Source: Octopus vulgaris
Lineage: Eukaryota
Reading direction: 5' to 3'
NCBI GenBank assembly: GCA_951406725.2
Contig: OX597834.1
Coordinates: 13,702,001 to 13,766,000 of the forward strand
DNA: 64,000 nt
Position 1 is the first letter of the stretch. The number at the start of each line of letters is the position of its first letter. Positions 29,774 to 43,752 of this stretch are shown here, piece after piece. Made by a program: the position numbers and the translations under genes. The notes below the pieces were generated by a model. It had not been told where the DNA came from and did no database searches. It was given only the letters and a program-made list of their open reading frames with translations.

Positions 29774-29823
<50 letters not shown>

Positions 29824-30571
29824 GACTGTGTGTGTATACCTTCGACCGTTTGTGTTCATATGTGTTGTTTCAGTGAGTGTGAGTGTTTTGTGTGTAAAAA
29901 TGAGATAGATAGAATTAGTCATAGACCGATAGATAAATGCATAAATTGGGGAAGATAGATTGATATTGTCAAATATGTGAGGCTGTTTGTGTTTATGTTT
30001 TGAGTATTCCATTGCAAGTTGAACATAGTGTAAAATATACGCACGTGTTGACACGTATAAATGACACTCTTTTAATATCTGGAAATATAGAATACGGCGA
30101 GTTTTCTTAAACGACTGTGGGTATAATGGGACACTTAATTAACAGTGAATACGGTATCGTGGAATGCTGAATATTCTTTTCAATGTATATTGATATAAAG
30201 TATATTGTGACGATATTTATACTTAAAATTGTATGAACGCTGAAATGGAAAATGATAGCATTTCTGTCAGGTTCTAAAGATAGGAATCATTGTGCATAGG
30301 ATAAATATACTTGAAAATCTAAAGTTTGAAAACTACCAAAAAGTGCAATCATCAAATGTAGTGAGGAATATGATGTGAACTCTGATATGACAAGAAAGAT
30401 AGAGAGACACGCACACGCACAGATGTGTTCTAATAAATACTTAGATATTTAATCTTTCATTTACGTGGCACAAATATCTTCCAGAATTTTCAAGGCGGTA
30501 CATATGCAGAAAAAAATGTGTAACATCAATTTTATCTGCCATTTTAATAGGTTGCAGCTTTATATTTTTTT

Positions 30572-30672
30572 CGCCCTTTTCAAGCCTAGCCAGGCTTATG
30601 CGCCCAGTTTCCCGGTTTCTGTGGCATACGTGTTACCCCCCACCCAGCTGGACGGGACTCCAGTCCATCGCA
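30572..30672 (-). mobile_element. SINE tail T2 fragment
   Basis: Homologous to 25300-25386 and to the reverse complement of 60355-60445. Confidence 0.65.
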
Positions 30673-30889
30673 TTGCTGCTTTATCAACGATGTTAAAATT
30701 AAGGCATTTTCCTATATATATACAATCTAAAAGCCTTGTCCTTTTCCTTTGTACCCAGTATTTTCCTGAATATATTCTACTTGATTTTACAGTCAGTAGC
30801 ATATTATTTTAAACTTTAGAAAAACAAATTATCACCTTGTTGGATAATTCTATTCTCATGTTCTAAAGAAGGAGGAATGGTGTTACATT

Positions 30890-31100
30890 TACGAGTGTGG
30901 TACTGTAAAGTTCCTGGCTTTCAATAAAACAAAACACAGGAGGATCAGTTAATTATGTTTTTATTTCCCATTCAGATTGCCATATTTCCCTTTCAGATTA
31001 ACACACTTATTGCAACGGATCTTTATTTTCCTGACTCCCATAAAAGAACACTTCAGTTTGGGCCACCAACCAGGTCTTTGGCGATGCCTTAGGGTCGGTA
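30890..31100. mobile_element. Possible degenerate mariner/MITE end
   Basis: Starts TA-cgagtgtggtactgtaaagttcctggctt, resembling mariner TIR starts. No partner TIR was found. Confidence 0.35.
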
Positions 31101-31204
31101 AAATACTGAACACCTGAACACTGGAGTTTTGATGTAATCGACTTATCATCTCCTCAAAACATTTAAACCTTGTTCAAAATTTTATGCCAATATTATTTTA
31201 AAAT

Positions 31205-31400
31205 TTAAGGCGGTCACTAGGCAGACCCCTGATCGCACACGATAAAATGGCCGTTTCCCCAGTCTTCACCTTCTGATTTCAAATTCCGCCGACGTCGATT
31301 TGGCCTTTCATAATTTCGGGTTCGGTAAAATGAGTACCAATTTAACACTGGGGATTGACTTAAAGGAGCTTGCTGGGACTCTGCCAAAATTTGAAGCCAA
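31205..31400 (+). mobile_element. SINE family C, degenerate
   Basis: tttcaaattccgccgacgtcgatttggcctttcataatttcgggttcggtaaaatgagtacca matches the family C core. Further relics lie at 31800-31970 and 42890-43050. Confidence 0.7.
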
Positions 31401-31417
31401 TATTATTTTAAGGGCGC

Positions 31418-31785
31418 ATGTGAGGTACATGGTTCAGTGGATAGAGCGTCGAGCTTACGTACGTGATGTGAGTTCGAATCCCGGACTTAGCTGCGTGTTG
31501 TGTTCTTTAGCAAGACACTTTATTTCACGTTGCTCAGGTTCACTCAGCTGAGTGAATAATAAGTTGCGACGTCATTGGTGCCAAGCTGTATCGGCCCCTT
31601 TGGCTTTCCCTTGGATAACACTGGTGGCGTGGAGAAGATAGGCCTGTATGCATGGAAATTTGCTGGTCTTCCATAAACAACCTTGCCCGGACTAGTGCTT
31701 GGGAGGGAAACTTTCTAGGTGCAATCCCATGGTCATTCATGACCGAAGGGGGCCCCAGCAGCAGCAGCAGCAGCATCATCAGCAT
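31418..31785 (+). mobile_element. tRNA-derived SINE (head H2, central domain, tail T3, (CAG)n end)
   Basis: tggttcagtggatagagcg...gagttcgaatcccgg, then gcaagacactttatttcacgttgctc..cactcagctg. Probable TSD attattttaa. Confidence 0.78.
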
Positions 31786-33110
31786 TATTTTAAAACCTAA
31801 GACGGTGAGCTGGCAGAATCGCTAACGCACCCGACAAAATGCGTGCGTATTGCCTCTCATCCTTTCGAGCTCGATGAAATAAGTATCAACTGAACACTGA
31901 GGTCTACTTAATCGTTTTATTGCCTTCCCCGAAATTGTTGGCCTTGGGCCAAAATTTGGAGCCAATATTTCAAAATCTGAAAGCTTTATATGTATCTTTT
32001 ATTATATGTATCTTTTATTATATGGGTCTTTTATTTATTTATTTGTGTTTTTTTTTTCAATTACAATTATTAATAGTATCTCTCTTTAGTGACAACAGAT
32101 TACAAGTATTTGCGTATATTTATAAGTGGAAAAGATTTTCATTATGTTAACTCTTCGGCATCACATCGTCTTTTCTAAACGTACCGAATTATGAAAGCTG
32201 ATAGAAACCTACTTTTCGATAAAGTAATTTCTTGATTCATGAGACGTTAACATGTTCTCTGGAGACAGCGCAATGATAAACGATCTTCTTGATATTTATA
32301 TGCCTAACACAATTAATACGAATTTATTACAATAGATAATGGCTTAAAAAATGAGGTAGTGTTATCTATATGCCAACACACCAACGGATACAGATTAGAT
32401 ATATTTTGAAAAGAGACACCTATATTAACCTCTTTTAGAATATTCGGTGTATGAATAATTATCAGTACTAACCAGAGTATAATGAATTTCAATCATTAGA
32501 ATAAATCACAGAAACGGTGAGAAATCTGCGGAAGAGAAAGCTGATATGTGTTGATATATATATTACAGTAATTCGCTCATAAGTTTTGAAGATGTGACTA
32601 ATGTTATTAGCGAAATTATATTTATCCTAGCTAAAGAAATTTTCAATAACGAAACATGTCATTAGAATAAATCACGTGAACATACTTGGCCCACAAATAA
32701 TGATTTTATATGTAGAGTACACAGATCTAATTCAATAAGGCATGCTGCAACTATTAGTGTTCTGCCTTCGCTTTACTTATGTTGCACATAGATATTTAAA
32801 GTCCCTTACTTCTTACCATAGTAAACAAGCTAGGGTTTGGCATAAAGAGATTTCGATTCCGTATGTTGAGAACATGTAGGTATGTATACACATCTATATG
32901 TTTGTGTGTATATAAATGCATGCATGTATTTATCAATGGCGTATTAATATCGTATTAATGTTTCTGCATGAAGGACTACTCAGTACATTCCGTAAAGTGT
33001 AGAGTACAAATTTATTAGTCATTGACAAAACTAGTATCGAAAGTGTCTGCGAAGTACCGGCCGAAACTTTGTTGTCACCATATATATTTTCATATGTGCA
33101 GACATATATT

Positions 33111-33333
33111 ACTCTCTCTTTTTCTCTTTTACTTGTTTCAGTCATTTGACTGCGGCCATGCTGGAGCACCGCCTTTAGTCGAGCAAATCGACCCCGGGAC
33201 TTATTCTTTGTAAGCCCAGTACTTATTCTATCGGTCTTTTTTGCCGAACCGCTAAATGACGGGGACGTAAACACACCAGCATCGGTTGTCAAGCAATGCT
33301 AGGGGGACAAACACAGACACACGCACACACACG

Positions 33334-33377
<44 letters not shown>

Positions 33378-33552
33378 AACACATATATACGACAGGCTTC
33401 TTGCAGTTTCCGTCTACCAAATCCACTCACAAGGCATTGGTCGGCCCGGGGCTATAGCAGAAGACACTTGCTCAAGATGCCACGCAGTGGGACTGAACCC
33501 GGAACCATGTAGTTGGTTAGCAAGCTACTTACCCCACAGCCACTCCTGCGTC
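33111..33552 (-). mobile_element. SINE family B, full length
   Basis: Reverse complement of 62146-62554 with internal (CA)n(TA)n. Confidence 0.92.
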
Positions 33553-33772
33553 TATATATACGAAATAAAGAGAAGATAGGTAGATGTGTGATCGCTTATA
33601 TGTACAATATCATAGAGAATACAACTTTCAACAAAGTTGAAGCTGTAATCTCTATTTGGGATTTTGATTCCGTTGGAATATTGGTTCAAATATCACCAAC
33701 GTAATCAATTTATTGAGGGGCAGATTACACACGCCTTACTCCTATTCGGTTTATGATAGTAATTTCCTCCAT

Positions 33773-34645
33773 GGACAGCTGGCAGAATAGTTAGCACGGC
33801 GGGCGAAATGCTTAGCGGTATTTGGTCTGTCTTTACGTTATGAGTTCAAATTCCGCCGAGGTTGACTTTGACTTTCATCCTTTTGGGGTCGATAAATTAA
33901 GTACCAGTTACGCACTAGGGGCGATGTAATCGACTTAATACCTATGTCTGTCCTTGTTTGTCCCCTCTGTGTTTAGCCCCTTGTGGGTAAAAAAGAAATA
34001 GGTATTTGATCTGTCTTTACGTTATGAGTTCAAATTCCGCCGAGGTCGACTTTGCCTTTCATCATTTCGGGATCGATAAATTAAATACCAATTGTGTACT
34101 GAGGTCGATCTAATCGACAAGTCCCATCCGCTAAAATTGCTACCCTTGTGCCTAGAATAGAAAAGAATATTTGACACTCAGCATATTTTTTGAACGTGCG
34201 AAAATAAAAAGCAAGCTTTATGTCTATTAAAAGCGGTGGAACGACAGACTCAATAGCACGCCAGACAAAATGCTTAACGGCATTTCATCCATCTTTATTC
34301 TCCTAATTGAAATTACGCCGATGTCGGCTTTGCCATTCATCCTTTCTGGGTCGATAAAATAAGTACCAGAGGAATACTGAGGTCGATATAACTGATTTAA
34401 CTACTCCCCTAAACTTGTTGGATTAGTGCCAAAATCAATGTAAATGGATACAAAGCGGGTGAGTTTGTAGAAGATTTAGCGAGCGTTTCTTCAGTCTTTA
34501 TATTCTGGGATCAATTATACCCGCGGTTGATTTTCCCCTCATCCTTTCGGGCTCGATAAAATAAGTACCTGTTGTGCACTGTGGTCGATGTGATCGATTT
34601 GTTCGATTCCCAGAAATTGCTAGTCCTGTGACAAAATTGGAACCA
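33773..34645 (+). mobile_element. Tandem cluster of SINE family C units
   Basis: Four successive variants of the core gaggtcgactttgcctttcatcctttcggggtcgataaattaagtacca, at about 33858, 34042, 34320 and 34525. Confidence 0.85.
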
Positions 34646-35443
34646 AAATAAATGGATGCTTGTAAACCTTACAATAATTTATGCAGAGATCGAAAGATAA
34701 ACTCAATTTTCAGCCATATTAAACCAAACTCTTATGAAATGTTATAAAGAAATAGTTAATATTGTATATAAATTTAGTGTTCAACTACAAATCTTCCGAA
34801 ACTTCAAAACCTCCAAACAACTCTTCTATCCTACATTAACATTCAATGATCACGCTTTTTTCTCATTTGCCGACACTGTCAGCATTCCTTTCATTCATTC
34901 TTTTCCTTTCTTCCGAAATATGTTCTTTCTTCTTTAGAAACCATATATTGGTGTGATTCTGTCATTTGGAACCTTCATACCTTTTCATTCACCTTTGCCA
35001 CTATTTGTCACTATTTCTTTACATCTACCTATGAGTCTAATTTTCCCTCTTCTTATACAATATCATTTCCCACTCACTTATTTCAGTTTTTGCTTACACC
35101 GACAACGTTTCAACTTGTCTAAATACCTATATTGTAAAAACACATGCTGTGAGACGAGCAGACGAATGATTAGCCATCTTAATTCATCGCTAATCACATC
35201 CATTCTTCAGACTGCTCGAAAAGCACAGTGGTTTAAAACCTTTGAAAACGGAGAGGAAACATTTTAACGATTATTCTATACCTACAGACACATCAAACAG
35301 AAGCATATGCAGTATTCAACCGCTATGCATAGAGGCTTCTATATACGCATGTGCATATGTATGCACAAATACATTAAATGCACCAGATACGAATATATAT
35401 ACGTGTCTGTGAATACTTATACCACATACACACATATCATACC

Positions 35444-35491
<48 letters not shown>

Positions 35492-35496
35492 TATAA

Positions 35497-35551
<55 letters not shown>

Positions 35552-35618
35552 ATATATATATATATATATATGTATATGTATATATGTATATATACATGAA
35601 TATCTATCTATCTATCTA

Positions 35619-35706
<88 letters not shown>

Positions 35707-36310
35707 TATCTATATATATATATATGTGTAAATAATATGAATATTTAAAGATATATATATATATATGTATTCATATATATACATATATATATAGACATAC
35801 ATATAGGTATTCATATATATATATGTATACATATATATATATATATAAATACACGTACACACACACGTATGTATATATATATACATACATATATACATAT
35901 ATTCACATATTCCTCGACACTTTCCCATGCACACAAGCAGGAGACAATTTCCAAGTTCCTCACTTACATCGACATGGTTAACGTATCCGATTCTTTGAGT
36001 ATATGAATGTCTTCACTTTATGAATCGCTGAGCGAATTTTTTTGTTTATATATTGAAATATATAACTGAAATACGTCTGAAGTAGTTTAACGTTGAATAG
36101 GAATAACTAGTCTCCAAGATGTCCAGCAGTTACACCATTTCATGCACAGAAAAATTGACCTCCTCTTAGCCCCCACTTTAATTTCTTTAGTATGTAATGC
36201 GATTATTTCCTCTGAAAACGTATAAATAATACGCGGTGAAATTATAGAGTGAATCTGTCTGAGGTCAGTTGTACATAGCTTTTTATTATATCTGATAATG
36301 AGGTGAATAG

Positions 36311-36693
36311 GAGGCGCAATGGCCCAGTGGTTGGGGCAGCAGACTCGCGGTCGTAGGATCGTGGTTTCGATTCCCAGACCGGGCGTTGTGAGTGTTTATT
36401 GAGCGAAAACACTTAAAAGCTCCACGACGCTCTGGCAGGGGATGGTGGTGATCCCTGCTGTACTTTTTCACCACAACTTTCTCTCACTCTAACTTCTTGT
36501 TTCTGTTGTACCTGTATTTCAAGGGGCCGGCCTTGTCACTCTCTGTGTCACGCTGAATATCCCCGAGAACTACGTTAAGGGTACACGTGTCTGTGGAGTG
36601 CTCAGCCACTTACACGTTAATTTCACGAGCAGGCTGTTCCGTTGATCGGATCAACCGGAACCCTCGTCGTTGTAACCGACGGAGTGCTTCCAC
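36311..36693 (+). mobile_element. SINE family A, full length
   Basis: 14-bp TSD aatgaggtgaatag at 36297-36310 and 36694-36707. Confidence 0.93.
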
Positions 36694-36939
36694 AATGAGG
36701 TGAATAGACGTTACTCATAGAAATGGTACAATTGGCGCATGCCTGATGCAGCTTCCAATAGTTCCGTTTCATATTTTGTCGAATAACGTTGGTAATTTTC
36801 TAGCTCACTGTATTACTGCAGTAAATATGTCCGAGTCGGAAAGGATTGAATCACACACTATGACGTATGTATCTTGTTAGAAATTTAGGTTGGAAAAGCA
36901 ACGGACTGAACTTTAAATGGGAAAAACATAGTAAGAATA

Positions 36940-37170
36940 TTTCCCGTGTTCCAGTCATTAGACTGTGGTCATGCTGATGTACGATGTACGATGTCGAAAG
37001 GATTAGTCGAAAAAGATGGACCCCAGTACTTATATTGGTAAGCCTGACTTTTGTTGTATCCGACACTTTGTTGATGTTATGTTGCAATATTACACAGTGG
37101 TTGTGTGTTCTACGAAAGACACCAGCATCGTTTGTCAAGCGATGTTGGTGGGACAAACACAGACGCACAA
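36940..37170 (-). mobile_element. SINE family B 3' half, degenerate
   Basis: cagtcattagactgtggtcatgctg and acaccagcatcgtttgtcaagcgatgttggtgggacaaacacagac. Confidence 0.6.
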
Positions 37171-37248
37171 ATCTCGGTCGCCACTGATATATCGCAATAC
37201 AACACAGTGGCTGTGTGAGCTACGAAATCCTCGTTGCCACTGTTATAT

Positions 37249-37408
37249 CTATTTCTTTACTACCCACAAGGGGCTAAACACAGAGAGGACAAACAAGGAC
37301 AGACAAACCAGTGCGTAACTGGTACTTATTTAATCGATCCCGAAAGGATGAAAGGCAAAGTCAACTTCGGCGAAATTTGAACTCAGAACGCAAATGTAGA
37401 CGAAATAC
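37249..37408 (-). mobile_element. SINE family C, partial
   Basis: Reverse complement of most of 53740-53920, with a small internal deletion. Confidence 0.85.
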
Positions 37409-37517
37409 GGAGATTCCGTAGTTGTCTGCAGGCTGTGGTTGAAGTCAATGACGATTTTCTTGAATAAATTTCCTGTTTAGTATTTTTATATAATTTTGAT
37501 AGTAAATATATAGTTGC

Positions 37518-37681
37518 AAGAGTGTCTGTGTGGTAAGTATCTTCCTTACCAACCACATGGTTCAGGTTCAGTCCCACTGCGTCGAACCTTCGGCAAGTGT
37601 TTAAGTGTTTTCTATTATAACCATGAGCCGATCAATGCCTTATGAGTGGATTTGGTAGACGGAAACTGAAAGAAGCCCGTC

Positions 37682-37777
<96 letters not shown>

Positions 37778-37990
37778 GTGCCTGTGTCTGTGACCCCACG
37801 TGTCGTTTGGCAACCGATGTTTGTGGGATTACGTCCCCGTAACTTAGCGGTTTGGCATACGAAACCGCTAGTATAAGTACTGGACGCACGCACAGAGAAT
37901 AATTCCTGGAGTCGATTGATTCGACTAAAATCGGTGCTCCAGCATTACCGCAGTCAGATGACTGAAACAAATAAAAGAAGAAGAAAAAGA
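37518..37990 (+). mobile_element. SINE family B, older copy
   Basis: Same head, internal (TA)n(TG)n and tail as the other family B copies. Confidence 0.85.
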
Positions 37991-38069
37991 ATATCTGTTA
38001 AGATGTGATGTCAGTATTATTTTTCTTTTGCAAAATTTAAACAGTTTATTAACCGCACCACAGCGTCGT

Positions 38070-38528
<459 letters not shown>

Positions 38529-38871
38529 TATTCAGGTGAAAGTCTTTTTCTCTTCAGCATTAAAACAACCAACAGCTCTTGGACATGTACAAGTTTGCTA
38601 TGTGCTAATGCTTAGGAGACTTAGTTTACACAGAATTTTAGCTCAATATATGCGCTAAATCCGGCTCCAAAATGTTCTTAAGGCAACTCTTGAACCATTA
38701 ATCTAAGCCAGCAAATCACCTCTTACATTGTATTCGACATTAACATTTAATAAACCTGTATATGCTTGCATCATGCCATATATATATATATAAATATGTG
38801 TGTGTGAGAATGTATGTATATATATATATATATCGTAATAATAATAATGATAATAATAATAATAATAACAA

Positions 38872-39366
38872 TAAAGTGACAAAGACAGACTGTGTGTACC
38901 TAGAAACAGAGGTGGAAAAGGACTTGCTGAATGCTAGTACAACATTAGAGCAGAAGAAAATAAGATAGCATGGTATGTGAAAAAATTCAGCAGAACCGCT
39001 ATTATTAGAAGTAAGAAGGTCAGGCTTCCGTGGGATGAAAGATTGGAAAGATAGAGCACTATACAAGCAATTGACAACGAATGAAACTGAAAATAGGTGG
39101 GTAAAGAAAAGAATGCATGGACAATTTCACAGGTATGCTGAAGATAAGACAGACAGAAGATGGCTGTGGATGACAAACGTGATTTAAAACTGGAAGCGGA
39201 GTCTCTAATCTGTGCTGCTTAAGAGCAAGCACTAAGGACAACTACATAAAATACAGATTAAACAATACACCAGAAAGTTATTAGTGCAGAATTTGATGAC
39301 AAAATAGTCAAGCCGTAGAGCATATTGCCAGTCAATGTACGACACTAGTCCAGAATGAATATAAGA
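38872..39366 (+). pseudogene. R4/Dong-clade non-LTR retrotransposon fragment
   Basis: Across frameshifts: VPRNRGGKGL, AWYVK, RWVKKRMHGQFHR, DLKLEAESLICAA*EQALRT and CRI...VEHIASQC (degenerate CCHC knuckle). Preceded by an (AAT)n array. Confidence 0.8.
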
Positions 39367-39478
39367 TATATTGTAATGATTATTCAAAACTATAAATTAA
39401 GGTATCTGAGAGATACCCCCATGCTGAAATAGCAGTCAAAACCTTGACCCTGAAGCCACCTCATGTTATATATACATA

Positions 39479-39571
<93 letters not shown>

Positions 39572-39574
39572 ATA

Positions 39575-39848
39575 TATATATTATATTAAATTAGAGATAA
39601 AACCACCATTAGGCAAACTTTAATTTAAATATTTTAATTTAGAATTTTATATTTTATATATTTTATATTTTATATTTTTTAATTGATTTTATTTCTATGT
39701 ATTGACTTATGATTTTCACTGTTTGATTTGCCTAATAGTGGTTTTATCTCTAATTTAATATAATATATATTTATACTATGAAATTAGATTTAATCCTAAA
39801 TCTAATTTTTCCCAGTAAGTTTGGATTTACTCACTAATATTATTATTA
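39575..39848. repeat. Fold-back element in microsatellite, same family as 63722-63949
   Basis: Arms ttatattaaattagagataaaaccaccattaggcaaa / tttgcctaatagtggttttatctctaatttaatataa. The extension 39770-39848 resembles the reverse complement of 63722-63800. Confidence 0.7.
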
Positions 39849-40347
39849 TATATATATAATTTCCAGTCATATAATGTATGATACAGAAGTAAAATATAAA
39901 ATATGCAAAAACATTCTTAGTAAAATATATGCACGTGTTATATAATAGACTTTAATCTGAATATACTCCCTTCGACAACGTCGACAATGGTGATGATAAT
40001 GAAGATGATAATGGTGGTGGTGGGGGTGATGATTGATGATGGTGTTGGTAGCTGCAGCTCTGGTGGTGATTGTATAATATTACACGTTAGAATATGCAAA
40101 TATCTTTACGCCGCTTCCAATAATTTTGTAGCTTAAATTGCATCATATTTACTTACCATTCCCTAAATAAACCTCGTTTTTTCCGAAAGTCTTCTCTTTC
40201 TTTGATTCCGAAAACTGTAGCATTAACATTTTTGTCGATAAAGTTTTAAATGGTCGTAAAACTCACACCTGCATTAGCAACCATTTATTTTTGCAGTAAA
40301 CTGGGTACATTGTTACTAAGAGAAAAAGATTTAGCGTTTGCAATAAC

Positions 40348-40411
<64 letters not shown>

Positions 40412-41253
40412 ATGTATATGTATATGTATATATAATGTTCATTTATACATATCTGTATATATGTAATGTGTCTTTAGAGAGAGACCGAGCAAGTGAAAAA
40501 GATGGAAATATATAGATAGATGAATGCATTTTCATAATCATATTAAAACATTAGTCCTGTAATATTTTTTTTTAAATGTTCAGCAAATGTTGACTTGCTT
40601 CAGCTTATATTTTATTTCTCTCCATATAGATATATATATATATTTAACTTGTTACGTTTTAGATTTTGTTTTAAAAGCAGCAAAAAAATCTAACATATAT
40701 TATGCTGAAATATCCTAATATTTCCCAAAAAATAACTGAAAATATGTGATCCAAAATTCGAATAGATTTTCAAAGTTTGCTTCGATATCAATTTTTTTTT
40801 CCTACTTTCTTCTCTGATGGTATTTTATGGCTCTTTCAAATTCGTAGAATATTCTTTAAAACGTCAGAGCAATACAAAGAAACACAGAAATATATATATT
40901 TTTTTAATGAACCGAAATGAAGAAGTAGAATTAGAATTTAAAACATCGCCACAGCAAATGCAGTGATTCAATCTTGATGAAAAACTTGGTAACAGTAGTA
41001 CTGAATGTAAGAAGAAAATATTGTCATAGAGATAAGACCATTAGTATAATAATGATCAGACTTCAACTGTAGTCTAACACCTGCATTTGGAATTAATGGT
41101 GTTTGAATAATGATACTAATACAAGTCTTCGTTTCATTCGTGGGAAAAAAGTATAGAATTGTAAATAAATACGGTTTGCAACATCTTGGATTCGGTATGT
41201 ACACTTTTTATTGCCAAATAAGTATGGCAATTAGTAAAATGTTCATCATATTA

Positions 41254-41647
41254 AGGCGGCGAGCTGGCAGAAACGTTAGCACGCCGGGTGAAATACTTAA
41301 CTTTATTTCGTCTGCCGCTCCGTTCTGAGTTCAAATTCCGTCGAGGTTGACTTTGTCTTTCATCCTTTCGGGGTCGATAAATTAAGTACTAGCTACGCAC
41401 TGGGTCGATATAATCGACTTAATCTGTTTGTCTGTCCTTGTTCGTCCCCTCTGTGTTTAGCCCTTTGTAGTTAGTAAAGAAGTAGGTATTTCGTCTGTCT
41501 TTACGTTCTGAGTTCATATTCCGCCTAGGTCGACTTTTCCCTTCGGGTTCGATAAATTAAGAACCATTTGCGTACTAGGGTCGATCTGATCGACTGGCCG
41601 CCTTCCCAAAAATTTCGGGCCTTGCGCCTAGAGTAGAAAACAATATT
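41254..41647 (+). mobile_element. SINE family C, dimeric form
   Basis: Head aggcggcgagctggcagaaacgttagcacgccggg with the core duplicated, as in 33773-34170. Confidence 0.9.
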
Positions 41648-41719
41648 TTTATCATACTTTAGCTTTAGCTGAACATCTATGCTTTGAATTAATGGTGTGT
41701 TAATAACGCTTTCAAGCAT

Positions 41720-42135
41720 TGAGATAAAGCCAGTAATTTTGAGTGGGGATAGGTCGATTGAATTAATCCCAGTGCTCAACTGGTACTTAATTCATCGACC
41801 CCGGGAGAATGTAAAGCAAAGTTAACCACAGCGGAAATTGAACTCAGAACGCATTGTAAATATTCTGCCAGCTCGCTGCCTATTGCGTCCAGCTCGCCAC
41901 GTATTGTGTGCAGATAATCATTTCTATTAAAGGTACAGGACGTGATTACGTCTTAATAATCCTTTCTACTGGAAGCAGAAGGCCTTATATTTGAGTGAAG
42001 GAATTACGTCGATTACATCGATCCCAGTATTACACTGTTACTTATTTCATCGACCCCGAAAGGATGAAAGGCAATGTCGACCTCGGCGGAATTTGAACCC
42101 AGAACGTAAAGACGGACGAAATATTACAAGGCATT
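41720..42135 (-). mobile_element. Two SINE family C copies on the minus strand
   Basis: ctggtacttaattcatcgacccc...ctgccagctcgctgcct (41720-41881) and catcgaccccgaaaggatgaaaggcaatgtcgacctcggcggaatttgaac (41955-42135). Confidence 0.8.
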
Positions 42136-42282
42136 TTTTACGTTTTCATAATGAATGACATTAACAAAAGAATTTCAGATTCCTTCGTCAGTACAAATCT
42201 GGGATTCAGTTCACTTTGATTTAGAATCTACCCCACTGGAGATGTTCTTCTTTGTTTGGTTTCTATTGCACGCTCGACTAAA

Positions 42283-42666
42283 GTGGAGGCGCAATGGCCC
42301 AGTGGTTAGGGCAGCGGACTCGCGGTCGTAGGATCGCGGTTTCGATTCCCAGACCGGGCGTTGTGAGTGTTCATTGAGCGAAAATACCTAAAGTTCCACG
42401 AGGCTCCGGCAGGGGATGGTGGTGATCCCTGCTGTACTCTTTCACCACAACTTTCTCTCACTCTTACTTCCTGTTTCTGTTGTAACTATATTTCAAAGGG
42501 CCGGTCTTGTCACTCTCTGTGTCACGCTGAATATCCCCGAGAACTGCGTTAAGGGTACACGTGTCTGTGGAGTGCTCAGCCACATACACGTTAATTTTAC
42601 GAGCAGGCTGTTCCGTTGATCGGATCAACCGGAACCCTCGTCGTCGTAACCGACGGAATGCTTCCA
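42283..42666 (+). mobile_element. SINE family A, full length
   Basis: Closely matches 36311-36693. Confidence 0.92.
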
Positions 42667-43279
42667 TAAATGTTGATGCGTTATAAATATATTGCTATAC
42701 CTAATCGCTTTAATCCGTATTGCTGGATGTAGCGAATTCCCGTCTGTTGAATCCACCAGGCAAAGTTTACCACCTGAGATGTAATTTGCCTCTATGTAAC
42801 GACAATCGCAAAATTCCTGTAAAATTCACGAGTCTTCATTTATTCAAAATTGATACCAGTCGAAATGTTTGCTAAAGTGGAGGAAATATTTGAAGGTCGG
42901 GAGCAGCCTGGCAACATTTCTTGAATCTCGAGAAGTTCTGCGTTCAAATACTGCTGAAGTGAATTGTACGTTTCATCCTCTCCAGGTCGAGAAAAATTAA
43001 TATGTTATTTAATTACTAGAGCCGATGGTATTGACTGAAACCCTCTACTAATTTGCATGGAATCTCTGACCTCATTAGAAGTAATTATTCATTGTTACAA
43101 CTTGTTAAATCAACACATCCCAATGGGAGACATTATGAATCTTTGAAATTATTCATGTCGACATAATGCTGGAACTTCAAAAATCACAGTAAGACCTCAT
43201 ACATCACTCATATAAATATTAAATTGATTAATGAATATACATATATGTGTGTGTGTGAGCATGAATATTTATATAAATA

Positions 43280-43397
<118 letters not shown>

Positions 43398-43752
43398 TGA
43401 TAAAACGGTAAGATAACAAAAGAAAGAAAGAGACCTCAATATTATGTAAATAGAGGAAATTTATCTATACAATATGTTACATTACTCGGTAGTCAAGATA
43501 AAACTCTGAGTTTCAGATGCCGAAGTGGAAATCCACAACACCATCTCTTCGGTTATCTGGCTATTTGAAAACGTTATGAAAAAATACCGTTAAAAATGAA
43601 GGGAAATTACTCTGTTATAACTCTGCTTTGCCTGCGTACTTATACATCGCTCGCATTTTTCGTCATAAAAATTATATAAAAATACATAAAAATATATAAA
43701 AATATATAAAAATATATAAAATCTTCTTGGGACATAACACAGAAAGCATGTT

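Noticed and set aside
33773-34645. Regularly spaced repeats superficially like a CRISPR array
   Set aside because: Long degenerate SINE units in eukaryotic DNA, with no unique spacers and no cas genes.
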